Source: an uncultured Poribacteria bacterium (GTDB taxonomy: Bacteria; Poribacteria; WGA-4E; WGA-3G). Taken from it: a stretch of DNA of 64,000 nt. The notes below the pieces were generated by a model, which saw only the letters and a list, made by a program, of their open reading frames with translations, had not been told where the DNA came from and did no database searches. The translations under genes were made by a program, and so were the position numbers. Below are positions 40,946-52,471 of this stretch, in pieces (the first letter of the stretch is position 1; every line of letters begins with the position of its first letter). Location of the stretch: contig OX638351.1 of the NCBI GenBank assembly GCA_951813565.1, forward strand, positions 4,864,001 to 4,928,000. Reading direction: 5' to 3'.

Positions 40946-41203
40946 TCTTATGGTAATTTCCAATTCGTTACTATCCTTGATATTATCAGGGGTAACTTGT
41001 GTCATTATAGTCAACGGCATATCCAATATTCTTAGGACATGCCGCATCATATAATGAATATCGCCTTTTGTAACACCAGAGAGAAATAGGACTTCACAAT
41101 AATTTTCATTCGTAAGTCTGTGCATTTGTTTGACAAGTGACTTCGTGACCCGATCCAATCCATCTTTTTTGATTGGATCAGGTCCTATTATAATCCGGAT
41201 CAT
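40937..41203 (-). CDS. Hypothetical protein (88 aa)
   Basis: RBS AAGGAG; open frame; no recognised motif. Confidence 0.6.
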   Translation of the reverse strand: MIRIIIGPDPIKKDGLDRVTKSLVKQMHRLTNENYCEVLFLSGVTKGDIHYMMRHVLRILDMPLTIMTQVTPDNIKDSNELEITIRVT

Positions 41204-41297
41204 ATAGATTAAACTCTCCTCACATTTTTATCCTGTGCGCGTGCTTTCGCTCCTGTGGAGCGGCATACTACCCATCACACATAAATACCTTCTCGAA

Positions 41298-42638
41298 TTA
41301 TGCAAAACCGATATAGCGAGCAATAAAGAACACAGCAAAATAGTGGACAAGTGGGTTTAATTCTTTATGACGTCCAGTGACTATCTTTAGAAACGAAATA
41401 GAAATAAATCCGAATGCGATTCCTTCGGTAATACTAAAACTTAGCGGCATCATTACAACAGTCAGCGCAGCGGGGATCGCTTCGGTAAAATCGTCCCAAT
41501 TAATGTTCACCAGGTCTTTGAGCAACAAGCCACCAACTACTATTAATGCAGGACCGATAATGGGATAAAGGTCGGGTTTACTGGGATCAATTGGATCAAT
41601 GTAGCCACTTCCAACGATTTCAATGAGTGGTCTAAAAAACAGTGCCAGCAGCATGAGAAGACCGGTGACAATTGATGTAAGTCCGGTGCGTCCTCCCTCA
41701 GCGATCCCAGAGGCACTTTCAATATAACATGTTACTGTAGAAGTTCCAAGACAAGCACCGCCTACTGAACCGATAGCATCTGTCAAGAGTGCCTGTCTAC
41801 CTTTAGTAAGTTTTCCATCCTCAAGTAGGTCTGCTTCATGTCCAGTAGCCGTGAGTGTGCCGATACTATCAAACATGTCAACAGAAAAGAAAACAAATAT
41901 AATTGGAATTATCTCAACTTTAGTAAAAATATCTGGAAAACTGAGTTTAAAAAACGTTGGTGCAATGGATGGTGGTGCTGAGACTACACCATTGAATTTA
42001 ACAATTCCTAAGAGTAAAGCAAGGACGGTTGTAGCCAAGATCCCCATAAGAATGGCACCCTTTACTCGATGTGACATAAGTGTGAGAATAATTAAAATGC
42101 CAAAGATAGCGATCAGAACAGGTTTTGAATGGATATTACCGAGTGTTACAAACGTTTCGGAGTGCGGAGCAATAATACCACTCATCTGCAAGCCAATGAA
42201 GGCAATGAACACTCCTATTCCGACAGCAATAGCATTGTGCAACGAAGAAGGGAGCGCATTCATTACGGCTGCACGCAAACCGACAAATGATAGTATAACG
42301 AACAACATTCCCGATATAAATACGATGCCTAACGCTTCTTGCCATGGCAGCTGCAATTGATCACCCATGCAGACCTCAAAAACAAAATAGGCGTTAATTC
42401 CCATACCTGGTGCAAGTGCAACTGGGTAATTAGTCATGAATGCCATTAGGAAGGTTGCGCCTGCACTCGAAATACAAGTAGCAACCATGACCGCGCCGGG
42501 ATCCATACCTGCAATTGTAAGAAGCGTGGGTTGGACAAAAATTATATACGAGAGTGTCGTAAAGGTTGTGCTTCCTGCGACAATCTCTCGCCTAATACTC
42601 GTGCCGTTTTCTTTTAACCGAAATAATTTCTCTAACAT
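41298..42638 (-). CDS. NCS2/AzgA family purine permease
   Basis: APGMGINAYF, DMFDSIGTL, YIESASGIAEGGRTGLT. Confidence 0.95.
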   Translation of the reverse strand: MLEKLFRLKENGTSIRREIVAGSTTFTTLSYIIFVQPTLLTIAGMDPGAVMVATCISSAGATFLMAFMTNYPVALAPGMGINAYFVFEVCMGDQLQLPWQEALGIVFISGMLFVILSFVGLRAAVMNALPSSLHNAIAVGIGVFIAFIGLQMSGIIAPHSETFVTLGNIHSKPVLIAIFGILIILTLMSHRVKGAILMGILATTVLALLLGIVKFNGVVSAPPSIAPTFFKLSFPDIFTKVEIIPIIFVFFSVDMFDSIGTLTATGHEADLLEDGKLTKGRQALLTDAIGSVGGACLGTSTVTCYIESASGIAEGGRTGLTSIVTGLLMLLALFFRPLIEIVGSGYIDPIDPSKPDLYPIIGPALIVVGGLLLKDLVNINWDDFTEAIPAALTVVMMPLSFSITEGIAFGFISISFLKIVTGRHKELNPLVHYFAVFFIARYIGFA

Positions 42639-42720
42639 ATCCTCTCCCTAATAGTCTCCCTCGAATTGACAATTGCTGTGTCCGCTGTTTTACCTATTCA
42701 AAAGTATAGTCCGAGACTTG

Positions 42721-43236
42721 TTAATATTTTATGAGAGAAAAAATATCCAAGTCTTCAAATTTTTCTCGTCCGTTGAGTTCAGTGAGTTCGATCAAGAGGG
42801 CAATGCCAACTATGTCTCCACCCAGTTTTTCAACAAGTTCAACCGTTGCAGCAAGGGTTCCACCGGTAGCTAAGAGATCATCACATATAAGCACGCGAGT
42901 TCCCTTTGGAAAAGCATCTTGATGAATAGCTAGTGTATCATTACCGTATTCAAGTTCGTAGGTCACTTCATACGTATCATACGGCAGTTTTCCCTTTTTT
43001 CGAACAGGCACAAAACCGACACCTAACCGATGCGCGACTGCAGAGGCAAAGATGAAACCTCGTGATTCAATTCCCACAATTACGTCAACGACCTTATATT
43101 TATAACAGTTTGCGAAAACCTCAACTGCAGCGTGGAAAACAGCACCATTCCCTAAAAGTGGTGTAATGTCTTTAAATGCAATACCCGGCTCTGGAAAATC
43201 TGGTATATTTCGAATAAACTTGGTAAAATCGCTCAT
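42721..43236 (-). CDS. apt: Adenine phosphoribosyltransferase
   Basis: PDFPEPGIAFKDITP, RKKGKLP, YELEYG, DDLLATGGT. Confidence 0.97.
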   Translation of the reverse strand: MSDFTKFIRNIPDFPEPGIAFKDITPLLGNGAVFHAAVEVFANCYKYKVVDVIVGIESRGFIFASAVAHRLGVGFVPVRKKGKLPYDTYEVTYELEYGNDTLAIHQDAFPKGTRVLICDDLLATGGTLAATVELVEKLGGDIVGIALLIELTELNGREKFEDLDIFSLIKY

Positions 43237-43376
43237 ACCTTTCCTTTAAATTAAGTTTGGACATTTTAGAATATCTAAGTTGTCATTAAAAGAAAACATG
43301 GAGTTTTCAGAATTATTCCAATTAAGTCATGCCATTCCTAAAAGGCAGCTTATATGAATTTAGTCCCAATATGGCG

Positions 43377-43405
43377 ATTATATAATGGTTGGAATAAAAA
43401 GTCAA
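43377..43405 (-). promoter_or_regulatory. Sigma70 promoter of apt-permease
   Basis: TTGACT-17-TATAAT. Confidence 0.6.
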
Positions 43406-43743
43406 ATAAAATCAAGAGTGTTCATAAATCAAAGGGTATCTTATAAAATACTTGAGGTTTGTAGAATAGTTGTGAATTGAACACAGACGATCATAGAATT
43501 GAAATTCAAAGGGTTTAGATTAATTTTTATATTGTAACCCAAGTTGCTACCGATTTCGTAAATTCTCTTGTAGGAGGGGTTTCTAACCCCGATTTATAAC
43601 AAAAGACATCCAGAATCAACGAAAAACCCTTGTTTTTTAGGAAAAACATCGTCTTTTTGTTCAAAACTTTGTAAGTAGCAACTTGCGTTATTGTAGGGCA
43701 AGCGCATGAAGTTACTTACCCTACAACACGAATCGTCTGAGTA

Positions 43744-45537
43744 TTATTGATTTTGACGCAGGCGGGTTTCTAATGCTTCTAATTCTTCTGACAGAGCATT
43801 GGGAAGTGTGTCCTCAAACCGTTCGTAATGTTCACGAATAGACTGAATTTCGTTAAGCCATTCGTCAATATCAACGTTCAGGAGTTCATCCATTTGCTCC
43901 TCAGACACATCAAGCCCGGAGGTATCAATTGCGTCCTTGTCTGGCAAATACCCGATAGGTGTTTCAACTGCTTCACCCTTTTCGCTAATGCGTTCAACAA
44001 TCCACTTTAGAACACGACTGTTTTCACCGAAACCTGGCCAGAGCCATCCGCCATCCGCATCTTTACGGAACCAGTTGACATAAAATATTCGGGGGAGTTT
44101 ATCAGCATCAGTTTTTTCTCCCATTTCAAGCCAGTGTGCGAAATAATCGCCCATGTTGTAACCACAGAATGGGAGCATAGCCATCGGATCACGTCTGAGT
44201 TCACCGACAGTACCAGCCGCGGCTGCAGTACGCTCAGAGGAAGCAATAGAACCGATAAAGGTACCGTGTTGCCAATTAAATGCTTCAAATACAAGTGGAA
44301 CCGTAGTGGCCCGTCGTCCACCGAAAAGAATTGCAGAAATCGGAACACCTTTCGGATTTTCCCAATTCGGATCAATGATCGGACATTGCGATGCGGGTGT
44401 TGTATAGCGGGAATTGGGATGTGCCGCTGTCTTTTCATCGCCGGGATGCCACTCTTCACCGAGCCAACTTGTAACGGTTTCAGGTTCATCTTCGCTCATC
44501 TCTTCCCACCAGACATCCTTTTCAGGAGTGAGCGCAGCATTTGTAAAGATAGAGTTTGATGCAAGCGTATGCATCGCATTCGGGTTGGTATCCATAGACG
44601 TTCCTGGCGCCACACCGAAAAAGCCTGCTTCAGGATTGATTGCATAGAGTCGTCCGTCTTCACCGAACTTCATCCAAGCGATGTCGTCACCGATAGTTTC
44701 TGCTTTCCATCCTGGGATTGTCGGCGTGAGCATGGCAAGGTTAGTTTTACCACAAGCACTGGGAAATGCTGCTGCGATATAAGTTTTTTTGCCTTCAGGA
44801 CTTGTTAAGCCCAAAATAAGCATGTGTTCTGCCATCCATCCATCGTTTTTTGCCATAATAGAGGCGATGCGGAGGGCATAGCACTTTTTACCGAGCAAAG
44901 CGTTACCACCGTAGCCGCTACCATACGACCAGATAGAACGTTCTTCTGGAAAATGTACAATATATTTATTATCAGGATTACAAGGCCAGGAGACATCTTC
45001 TTGTCCCGGTTCAAGCGGCATTCCGACAGAGTGTAAACATGGGACAAAATCACCATCTTCCCCTAAAATCTCCAATACATCTTTGCCCATGCGCGTCATA
45101 ATACGCATATTGACAACGACATAAGGCGAATCACTTATTTCCACACCGATATGTGAAATTGGTGACCCAAGTGGACCCATACTAAAGGGAACGACGTACA
45201 TTGTTCGTCCTTTCATACATCCTTTAAAAAGCCCTTTTAGGGTGGTTTTCATCTCATCGGGGTCATGCCAATTGTTTGTAGGTCCTGCCTCAGCTGGGGT
45301 TTTGGCGCAAATGTATGTTCTTCCTTCAACGCGAGCCACGTCTGCTGGATTAGAACGAGCAAGGTAACTGCCGGGTCGTTTATCCGGATTCAATCGAACA
45401 AATGTCCCCTTTTGTACTAATGCTTCACACAATCTGTCGTTCTCTTCCTGAGAACCATCGCACCAATAAATATCATCAGGTTGGCACAGTTCTGCTGCTT
45501 CCTGCACCCAACTGAGCAATTTATTATTGTTTGTCAT
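43744..45537 (-). CDS. pckG: Phosphoenolpyruvate carboxykinase (GTP)
   Basis: [29 protein letters not shown]. Confidence 0.97.
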   Translation of the reverse strand: MTNNNKLLSWVQEAAELCQPDDIYWCDGSQEENDRLCEALVQKGTFVRLNPDKRPGSYLARSNPADVARVEGRTYICAKTPAEAGPTNNWHDPDEMKTTLKGLFKGCMKGRTMYVVPFSMGPLGSPISHIGVEISDSPYVVVNMRIMTRMGKDVLEILGEDGDFVPCLHSVGMPLEPGQEDVSWPCNPDNKYIVHFPEERSIWSYGSGYGGNALLGKKCYALRIASIMAKNDGWMAEHMLILGLTSPEGKKTYIAAAFPSACGKTNLAMLTPTIPGWKAETIGDDIAWMKFGEDGRLYAINPEAGFFGVAPGTSMDTNPNAMHTLASNSIFTNAALTPEKDVWWEEMSEDEPETVTSWLGEEWHPGDEKTAAHPNSRYTTPASQCPIIDPNWENPKGVPISAILFGGRRATTVPLVFEAFNWQHGTFIGSIASSERTAAAAGTVGELRRDPMAMLPFCGYNMGDYFAHWLEMGEKTDADKLPRIFYVNWFRKDADGGWLWPGFGENSRVLKWIVERISEKGEAVETPIGYLPDKDAIDTSGLDVSEEQMDELLNVDIDEWLNEIQSIREHYERFEDTLPNALSEELEALETRLRQNQ

Positions 45538-45856
45538 CCAAATCCTCCATTTTTATTTTTTAAACTATATTATCACAGATATTAGGGATGTCGCAATCAA
45601 TTTGAGATAAAGGCACGGAATTTCGCTACTATAACCCAAGTTGCCACCTATTTCGCAAATGCTCTTGTAGGAGGGGTTTCTAACCCGATATAAAAAAGCA
45701 CCGTTTGTAGTCGCGCAATTCATTGCGCCTCTTACATTAACAGTATAGTGTTTGAAATTACAACGGAACCAAAATGTATCAATAATTACAAACTTTTCTA
45801 TAAATCAAGACGTTTGGATACCAATAAAGTTGAAATCCATTTCAAGCGAAAGTGCC

Positions 45857-47731
45857 TCAAAATGACGCTCCCAATTTCACATGTATTTTACCGCGTAGTG
45901 CTGAATCTCCAGCTGCGAGTCCATAATCTAATTGTATAATTCCGCCTTTTGATTCAAGCCTTGTGCCGAATCCATACCCTATTCGTAATTTATCAAAAAC
46001 AGAGGGTCGGTCAATGAAAGTAACCGACCCTAAATCAACGAAGGTAAAAATTTGGGAATTTCGCCCCATAAGGAATCTATATTCGAGATTAGCATGCGCG
46101 CGCCGAGGGCCCGAGAACCAATCTTCATCATATCCGCGCAGCGTAGTTGCACCTCCCAAATAAAACAGTTCCGTTGGTGGAATGTTGATGCCCCACGCAG
46201 CTGCGCCGTGCAATTCAATCGCTATTATTTGGTTTTCCCACGTTTGAAAGTACTGTTGAAGGTCAAGCCAAACTTTACGTAGTTTAAAATCGCTTCGGGA
46301 GAGTTCTACTGCAACACTATCGCGTCTGCCGTGTGTAGGACTAAGAAAATAATCTCGCGAATCCCGTGTTAACCGAAGGGTCACACTATACTTCGTACCA
46401 CGTTCTATCGGAGCAGGCATATTGTCTTGAGAAGTATTTATAGTCGGAGATAGTGTATCTGGTAAGGTAGTGCCTGACAAAGGAGATGTTATGCCGCCAA
46501 AGCGAATCCGCTTATAGCCGAGCGTCACCTCACTCTCATAAAATCCACCAAATTTTGTATTTCCGCTGATATTTGCTGCCCGTTCTTCAGATTCGGATTC
46601 ATTGATCGGACTGCGTTGTTTGAGTTGACTATACATGACTCCAAGCGTAATTGGCTTACCTAAAATCCACGGTTCTTTATAGCCGACTCGTAATGCCTTC
46701 AACAAACCTGATTTCCAATAGAAGTTGACATCACGTCCCGTTCCTAAGAGATTTGTCTCACGCACTTCCACGACGCCTGTGAGTTGCGGCACAGAATCTA
46801 AACCTTCGACAGGTGGCGCGTAACCGAGAACCCCGATCAATCGCCCTGTTCGTGCCTCAGCGACTTTCGCGTGCAAGTTGATTGTCCCCTCAGTTGTGCC
46901 TGCCTCAAGTAAATTTGGCTGGATGTGGTGAAAATACCCTAAATTTCGTAAGCGATGGTAACTCTGATCAATTTTTCGCTGGTCAAAATAGTCGTTTGCC
47001 TTAACTGGAATTTCTCTAAGGACTACATCGGTTTTTGTTTTCTGAAGTCCACTTACCTTTATCTTATTTATCTTAACTTTCTCGCCTTCTCGGATCTGCA
47101 AGCCAAAATTGATACTGCCAGTCGAAGGTAAAAGATTGGTGATAGTTGGTTCAATTTCAACTTTTGGATATCCATGTTCACTATACAATAACTGAATGCG
47201 TTCAATTCCGTGTTCAAGCGCGGTTTGCGAAAAGAATTGTCCCTTTCGTAAACCGAGTTCACGCAGAATTTTGGATTGAGAAAACAACTTATTTCCTATA
47301 AGTGATAAATTCCCTATGCGGAGTCGTTTCCCTTCTCGGATTTTGGCATTGAGAGATATGTGTGTATTGCCTGTGGAAGCTGGCGAAACGACGGGTGGGG
47401 ATACCAGCGCAAACACGAATCCCTCATTTTGATATGCTGCGAGAATACGTTCAAAACCTTCTCTTATTTCATGCTGAGAGTATGCTCTTTTTACCTCCCA
47501 CCCGAATAGATCGCGCAACCTTTTCTGATTGAAATGTTTATTACCCTCAAAGTTGAGTTGAGTAATGTTGTAAAGGGGTATTGCGCTGATGTCCTTTGTT
47601 TCGTTGTCAGTAGGTGTCTTTTCTGAAGTGGCATCCTGCGCTGTACCGCTAAAAGCATGCACAGTTTCTGGCATAGATACTAAACTGAGAAGTAGGACGC
47701 TGATAAGTATGAGGAGGCGGTTTGAGTGCAT
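45857..47731 (-). CDS. BamA/TamA (Omp85) family outer-membrane protein
   Basis: Signal peptide, POTRA repeats, NLLGTG, LRGY, C-terminal F. Confidence 0.9.
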   Translation of the reverse strand: MHSNRLLILISVLLLSLVSMPETVHAFSGTAQDATSEKTPTDNETKDISAIPLYNITQLNFEGNKHFNQKRLRDLFGWEVKRAYSQHEIREGFERILAAYQNEGFVFALVSPPVVSPASTGNTHISLNAKIREGKRLRIGNLSLIGNKLFSQSKILRELGLRKGQFFSQTALEHGIERIQLLYSEHGYPKVEIEPTITNLLPSTGSINFGLQIREGEKVKINKIKVSGLQKTKTDVVLREIPVKANDYFDQRKIDQSYHRLRNLGYFHHIQPNLLEAGTTEGTINLHAKVAEARTGRLIGVLGYAPPVEGLDSVPQLTGVVEVRETNLLGTGRDVNFYWKSGLLKALRVGYKEPWILGKPITLGVMYSQLKQRSPINESESEERAANISGNTKFGGFYESEVTLGYKRIRFGGITSPLSGTTLPDTLSPTINTSQDNMPAPIERGTKYSVTLRLTRDSRDYFLSPTHGRRDSVAVELSRSDFKLRKVWLDLQQYFQTWENQIIAIELHGAAAWGINIPPTELFYLGGATTLRGYDEDWFSGPRRAHANLEYRFLMGRNSQIFTFVDLGSVTFIDRPSVFDKLRIGYGFGTRLESKGGIIQLDYGLAAGDSALRGKIHVKLGASF

Positions 47732-47940
47732 GCGATGGAAACCTGTGGGTTAAGTGGTAGGAATATTTTACCATGCACGGCACGGTAAATGCAAATGCCT
47801 GTTAGGTTTCCAGTAGCGTTTGTAGTTTTCCTGGTATACTAATACCAAATTACCCTAAATCGTAGGGGCGGGTCTCTGTGCCCGCCCTTACCATCGGCAA
47901 TGAAAACAATGCAATTCTCGTTAATTTGGTATAAGGAGGG

Positions 47941-48180
47941 TTATGAAGTTCTTCTGTCTTTTATGAGTTGACGCAGTCGAAGGACAACGGGTGGAGGATT
48001 TTTCTCGTATTCCTCTCGTGCCTTTCGGCAGTATTCCAGATAAGCTGCAAAATAAGCACTTACTTTTTGCTGATTTTGAAGGAAATATAGAATTGTAGCG
48101 TAGACTTGTTCTAATGTCACCGTGTGAAAACGTTGATCAATCTCCTCTGGTGTTTTGCCGTTGTGAATATATTCATATAA
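47941..48180 (-). pseudogene. 5'-truncated DUF433-type antitoxin remnant
   Basis: Start-less frame LYEYIHNGKTPEEIDQRFHTVTLEQVYATILYFL...VLRLRQLIKDRRTS*; 5' end replaced by repeat DNA. Confidence 0.7.
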
Positions 48181-48561
48181 CGACCTGTGCCAGTTAAGTG
48201 AAAGTTTTGCTGTATTTCACAATTGTTCATGTTTTGGAATCAACGCCAAATACGCTTTTGGCATTTGGCGGGTTTGTAACCCCGATATTGTGAACCTAAA
48301 CTAATTAAATCGGAGTTACAAACCCGCAGCATGTCACACGCGCATGCTGCGTTGATTCACTCCTACAAGAAAATCTATCCTTAAATTGACGCCTATAGGT
48401 AGAGCTTGCGAAACCCAACATACAAGATAACTACAAGAGTGCCTCGCGACAATTGAATAGTTCTGGCACAAAAGCGAAAACGGACACGAATATCCAAAAA
48501 TATGCTATACTGCAACAAACCGATGTCCAAACACTCAACGTCTATAGTGAGGTAATAGACT

Positions 48562-50454
48562 ATGTTTCCAACAATTGAGGCGCAAACACGAGTTCAAACA
48601 CCACCAACGTGGGCATTACTTGAACGTGAACTGATTGACAAAATCAATGATGCAGCGCCGCAGGTTTTGAAGAAATACACACGTCCAGATGGGACGTTGT
48701 ATTGGCCAACACATCCAGATTTTCAAAGCTTTGATGGATTAGACGATGCTTATGAGAGTTTCCATAACTGGCCGCTTTTCTACATGCTTGGTGGAGATGC
48801 ACAGTTTTTGGTAGATGCGCAAAACGAATTTGAGGTTATCACGAAAGACATGGCGCGCTACGGTTCAGGATACGACTATCCGATGGTCGTTAAGGAGTAT
48901 CAACCGGGGTATGACTGGTTTCACCAAAGCGAAGGGAACTATCTGTTTTACATGCTTTGCATGGCAGATCCATCACATACAAAGAATATTGAACGCGCCA
49001 AACGGTTCGCAGGATTCTTTATAAACGAAGACCCTGATGCACAGAATTACGACCCGGAACACAAAATCATCAAGTGTGTGATGAACGGCAGTAAAGGACC
49101 GGCATTTTGGACGTTTGAAGGGCAATCTTTTTGGCCATGGGACGGGTACAACATGCCGTTTTACGATGTTCCGGGATGCACAAGTCATGAAGTAGTCAAG
49201 GAAGACGAGGCATTGCGCGAACTTATGGGACGAACAATTAGGGAAAGACAAGGCAAAGGAGATGCAATCGGAAACCTTGCTGCAACGACACTTGCTACCA
49301 ATGCTTATATGTTGGCTGGCAACGACAAATATAAGGCGTGGGTTCAGGAATATGTTGATGCGTGGATAGCACGCACAAAGGAAAATGGTGGTATTGTGCC
49401 GGACAACGTTGGGTTATCGGGAATCATCGGAGAACACATGGAGGGTAAATGGTATGGTTCTCGTTATGGGTGGAGTTGGCCCCACGGGTGGCATAGCGTT
49501 GGTCAGGCGGTGAGTGTTGCTGCGCAGAATGCAGCACTCCTTCACAGAGATTTGACATATATGGACTTTCCACGCTCCCAAATTGATGTTCTCATACAGC
49601 AAGGTATAGAGCATAAAGATCAATTGTATGTGCCACAAAAGTATGGCGACCCTGATAAAGTGAACTATGTCCCCGGTCCATGGCTCCAGTATCCGATTAC
49701 AAATGAGGATGGAACTGCTTTACAGATAGACGGTTGGTTTGAATTCATGCCGATGCATCCGTCTGATGTGGCACATCTGTGGGCAATGTCAATGGATGAT
49801 GCTGACCAAGACCGTGCGAAACAGATTGCGAAAAAAACAGGGTCTAAATTTGACATCAACGCGTGGCATCATACGAAAGATAGTGGCGGTCGTGATGGCG
49901 GATGGTTAGCATATATGCGAGGCGATTTTCCTGAATACCCAGAATCAATCCTCAATCATAACATTTCGCAAGTTGAACAACGACTCAACTACATGGAAAA
50001 TGATGACGAAGACCCAGCAGGATACGGAGATGCTTATTTCCAGAGACGCAACCCCGTTACGTGTGAAGGATTAGTTGAGCTCACATGTGGCGGTCCCTTG
50101 CCGCATTACAATGGCGGTCTTTTTGTAACGCGGGTGCGGCACTTTGACCCACATAATAAACGTCCTGGACTTCCAGCAGATGTTGCTGCATTGGTTTCTA
50201 AACTGACTGACGATTCCACTGAATTGGAGTTGGTAAACCTAAACGCTAACGAAGCACGCTATGTAATTATCCAAGCGGGATCAATGGGTGAGCATAACTT
50301 CACAACTGCACGTGCCAAAGGTGGTAACGGTGAGAACACCCTCGTTGTCAACGGTACGTATCTTCAAGTACATCTGCCACCGAACACGCATATTGCGTTA
50401 GAGGTGAGAATAGAACGTTTTGTTAATTCCCCTTCATATCAACAGCCATGGTAA
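48562..50454 (+). CDS. Conserved hypothetical protein (possible alpha/alpha-barrel enzyme)
   Basis: 630-aa frame, RBS GAGG; DDAYESFHNW and YDWFHQSEG motifs. Confidence 0.8.
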   Translation: MFPTIEAQTRVQTPPTWALLERELIDKINDAAPQVLKKYTRPDGTLYWPTHPDFQSFDGLDDAYESFHNWPLFYMLGGDAQFLVDAQNEFEVITKDMARYGSGYDYPMVVKEYQPGYDWFHQSEGNYLFYMLCMADPSHTKNIERAKRFAGFFINEDPDAQNYDPEHKIIKCVMNGSKGPAFWTFEGQSFWPWDGYNMPFYDVPGCTSHEVVKEDEALRELMGRTIRERQGKGDAIGNLAATTLATNAYMLAGNDKYKAWVQEYVDAWIARTKENGGIVPDNVGLSGIIGEHMEGKWYGSRYGWSWPHGWHSVGQAVSVAAQNAALLHRDLTYMDFPRSQIDVLIQQGIEHKDQLYVPQKYGDPDKVNYVPGPWLQYPITNEDGTALQIDGWFEFMPMHPSDVAHLWAMSMDDADQDRAKQIAKKTGSKFDINAWHHTKDSGGRDGGWLAYMRGDFPEYPESILNHNISQVEQRLNYMENDDEDPAGYGDAYFQRRNPVTCEGLVELTCGGPLPHYNGGLFVTRVRHFDPHNKRPGLPADVAALVSKLTDDSTELELVNLNANEARYVIIQAGSMGEHNFTTARAKGGNGENTLVVNGTYLQVHLPPNTHIALEVRIERFVNSPSYQQPW

Positions 50455-50557
50455 TAGGCAAATCATCTTATATATCTGGTGGATGTGTAATGTGGGAAAG
50501 GCTTTCAACCTCGATTTTGCGCACACAGTAGCAAGTACAAATTAGGAGACACAGATT

Positions 50558-51577
50558 ATGGCAGTAGAGAGATTTTTAACAGCAGAACAGGGCGTTGAAC
50601 AGCTTCTGAAAACAACGCCACCACTTTACTTCAATGGAAACCCAACCAAAGCGGAGTGGCAAGCGTGGCGGAAGAAATTCAGACGCAACATCGCTCGGTC
50701 TTTAGGTCCAAAACCTGAACCGGTCCCGTTGGAAGTCCAAACCTTAGAACGGATACAACAAGATGGATACACAAGAGAAAAGATAATCTTCAATCCAGAT
50801 GCATTCTCATCAATTCCAGCATACATTTTAATCCCAGACAGCGCAAGCACGGACAACCCCACACCCGCAGTACTCTGTGCGCACGGACATGGCGTTGGTA
50901 AAGATGGGGCAGTTGGTATTGTGGAGGATTATCAGAAACAGTATGCCGTTGAATTGGCACAACGCGGGTTTGTTACACTTGCACCGGATTGGCGGTGTTT
51001 CGGTGAGCGGAAAGATAGGGATGAGTGGGTACGCCGTCCAGGCAGAGATGGGTGTAACGCAGCCTATTTTGCACTCGGTTATTTCGGTTATCAGCTCCTC
51101 CAACTCAACATTTCGGATGGGCAACGTTGCTTGGATTATCTGCAGTCCCGTCCTGAAGTGGATAGCAGGCGGTTAGGTTGTATGGGATGTTCCTTTGGTG
51201 GCACAATGACAACCTATATTTCTGCCTTTGATCGACGGATTAAGGCGGCTGTTATTGTCTGTTATCTCAGCACTTTAATAGATGCCCTTGGTGACCGTGG
51301 ACGTGGAAACACATGTGGGTCGCAATTCATGTTTGGACTACGCGCAGCGGGTGACATTGCCGATGTCGCAGGGCTTATCGCGCCGCGGGCGTGTATGGTG
51401 CAAATCGGTTCTGATGACCAATGTTTTATTGAGTCTGATGCTTTAGCGGCGTTTGAACATCTTAAAAAGATATATGATGCATGCGGGAAAAGCGAACGGT
51501 TAGTGCTGGACCATTTTCAAGGTGAGCATGAGATTGATTTGGAGACTGGAATTGCGTTTTTGGAACAGCGATTATAA
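50558..51577 (+). CDS. Alpha/beta hydrolase (dienelactone hydrolase/acetyl xylan esterase-like)
   Basis: HGHG, GCSFGG nucleophile elbow. Confidence 0.88.
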   Translation: MAVERFLTAEQGVEQLLKTTPPLYFNGNPTKAEWQAWRKKFRRNIARSLGPKPEPVPLEVQTLERIQQDGYTREKIIFNPDAFSSIPAYILIPDSASTDNPTPAVLCAHGHGVGKDGAVGIVEDYQKQYAVELAQRGFVTLAPDWRCFGERKDRDEWVRRPGRDGCNAAYFALGYFGYQLLQLNISDGQRCLDYLQSRPEVDSRRLGCMGCSFGGTMTTYISAFDRRIKAAVIVCYLSTLIDALGDRGRGNTCGSQFMFGLRAAGDIADVAGLIAPRACMVQIGSDDQCFIESDALAAFEHLKKIYDACGKSERLVLDHFQGEHEIDLETGIAFLEQRL

Positions 51578-51610
51578 GATGTCGGTGCCATGATTGAAGC
51601 ATACCTTGAA

Positions 51611-51940
51611 CTAAACAGCAACCACCCGCTGCTGTCCTTCTCTATCCTCTGAAGGAATAATCCGAATCTCAATATCACGATTCAACTGATTAAGAAACCT
51701 CATCAATCGCTCAACGCTGTAGTCAGAAAGTTTAGCGGCTTTAAGGCGGGAAACTTCAGTGTGTTTAATGCCAAGTAGTTTCGCCGCCTCAACATGAGTG
51801 AGTTTACGTTCTTTCAGAATGCGGAAAATCTCAGCTCCCAATTGCGCTTTTAGGAGTTCTTTCTCCGAAACCTCATCAGAAAAACCCAAATCCTTGAAGA
51901 TATTCCCGCTGCCTTCTTCAACTTTAATGTTACTGCTCAT
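51611..51940 (-). CDS. XRE-family HTH antitoxin (HigA-like)
   Basis: GSGNIFKDLGF, HTH, SVERLMRFL; overlaps the toxin stop. Confidence 0.88.
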   Translation of the reverse strand: MSSNIKVEEGSGNIFKDLGFSDEVSEKELLKAQLGAEIFRILKERKLTHVEAAKLLGIKHTEVSRLKAAKLSDYSVERLMRFLNQLNRDIEIRIIPSEDREGQQRVVAV

Positions 51941-52299
51941 AATTCTTTCTCCATCTCCTTAGCTCGCCTTAATCTTCGTTTAATCAAGTCAATGTCCTTC
52001 TTTGGGGTCCTAATTCCACGTTTTGATTTCTTTTGAAAACAGTGCAGTACATACATGCTTCGACCAATCTTAACCGCATAAACAACTCGGTAAGTGTCCG
52101 TATTGTAGGTATCCACAAGTTCAAACACCCCAGATTCTATACCTTTCATCGGTTTTGCCGATGGCGGGGTCTCGCCAATCTGCACACGAAATAAGGCATG
52201 TCCAATATCCCTACGCACCGGCTCCGGAAAAGCCTGTAACCTTTCTTTTGAATCACCAACCCATTGAACGTTCCTAAGGGTTGTTATTTCTTGATCCAT
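51937..52299 (-). CDS. RelE/ParE-family (Gp49-like/HigB) toxin
   Basis: KPMKG...GVFEL, TYRVVY, YVLHCFQKKS. Confidence 0.9.
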   Translation of the reverse strand: MDQEITTLRNVQWVGDSKERLQAFPEPVRRDIGHALFRVQIGETPPSAKPMKGIESGVFELVDTYNTDTYRVVYAVKIGRSMYVLHCFQKKSKRGIRTPKKDIDLIKRRLRRAKEMEKEL

Positions 52300-52471
52300 A
52301 TCCTATTGTAACGCATTAACTTATATTTTTGCAAGTCCAAGTTATCAATGTTAAGGGGTGTGTAAAATTTTTGCCACTTGTCTGTCTGAATCTCAGATTT
52401 TCGCAGAGGACATCAAATCAACGGGACGCATAGTGATAAAGCTACTTGAATCTAATAATATTGTCCAAACT

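Noticed and set aside
41230..41280. Possible riboswitch hairpin upstream of the 88-aa orphan
   Set aside because: One short stem-loop, no recognised consensus and no second copy.
43320..43390. Purine riboswitch upstream of apt and the permease
   Set aside because: ATATAATCGC is explained by the -10 box; the conserved GTTTCTACC core is absent.
52430..52465. Fourth 11-6-11 site closing the cassette island
   Set aside because: Only TGATAAA matches and the region is mixed with MITE remnants.
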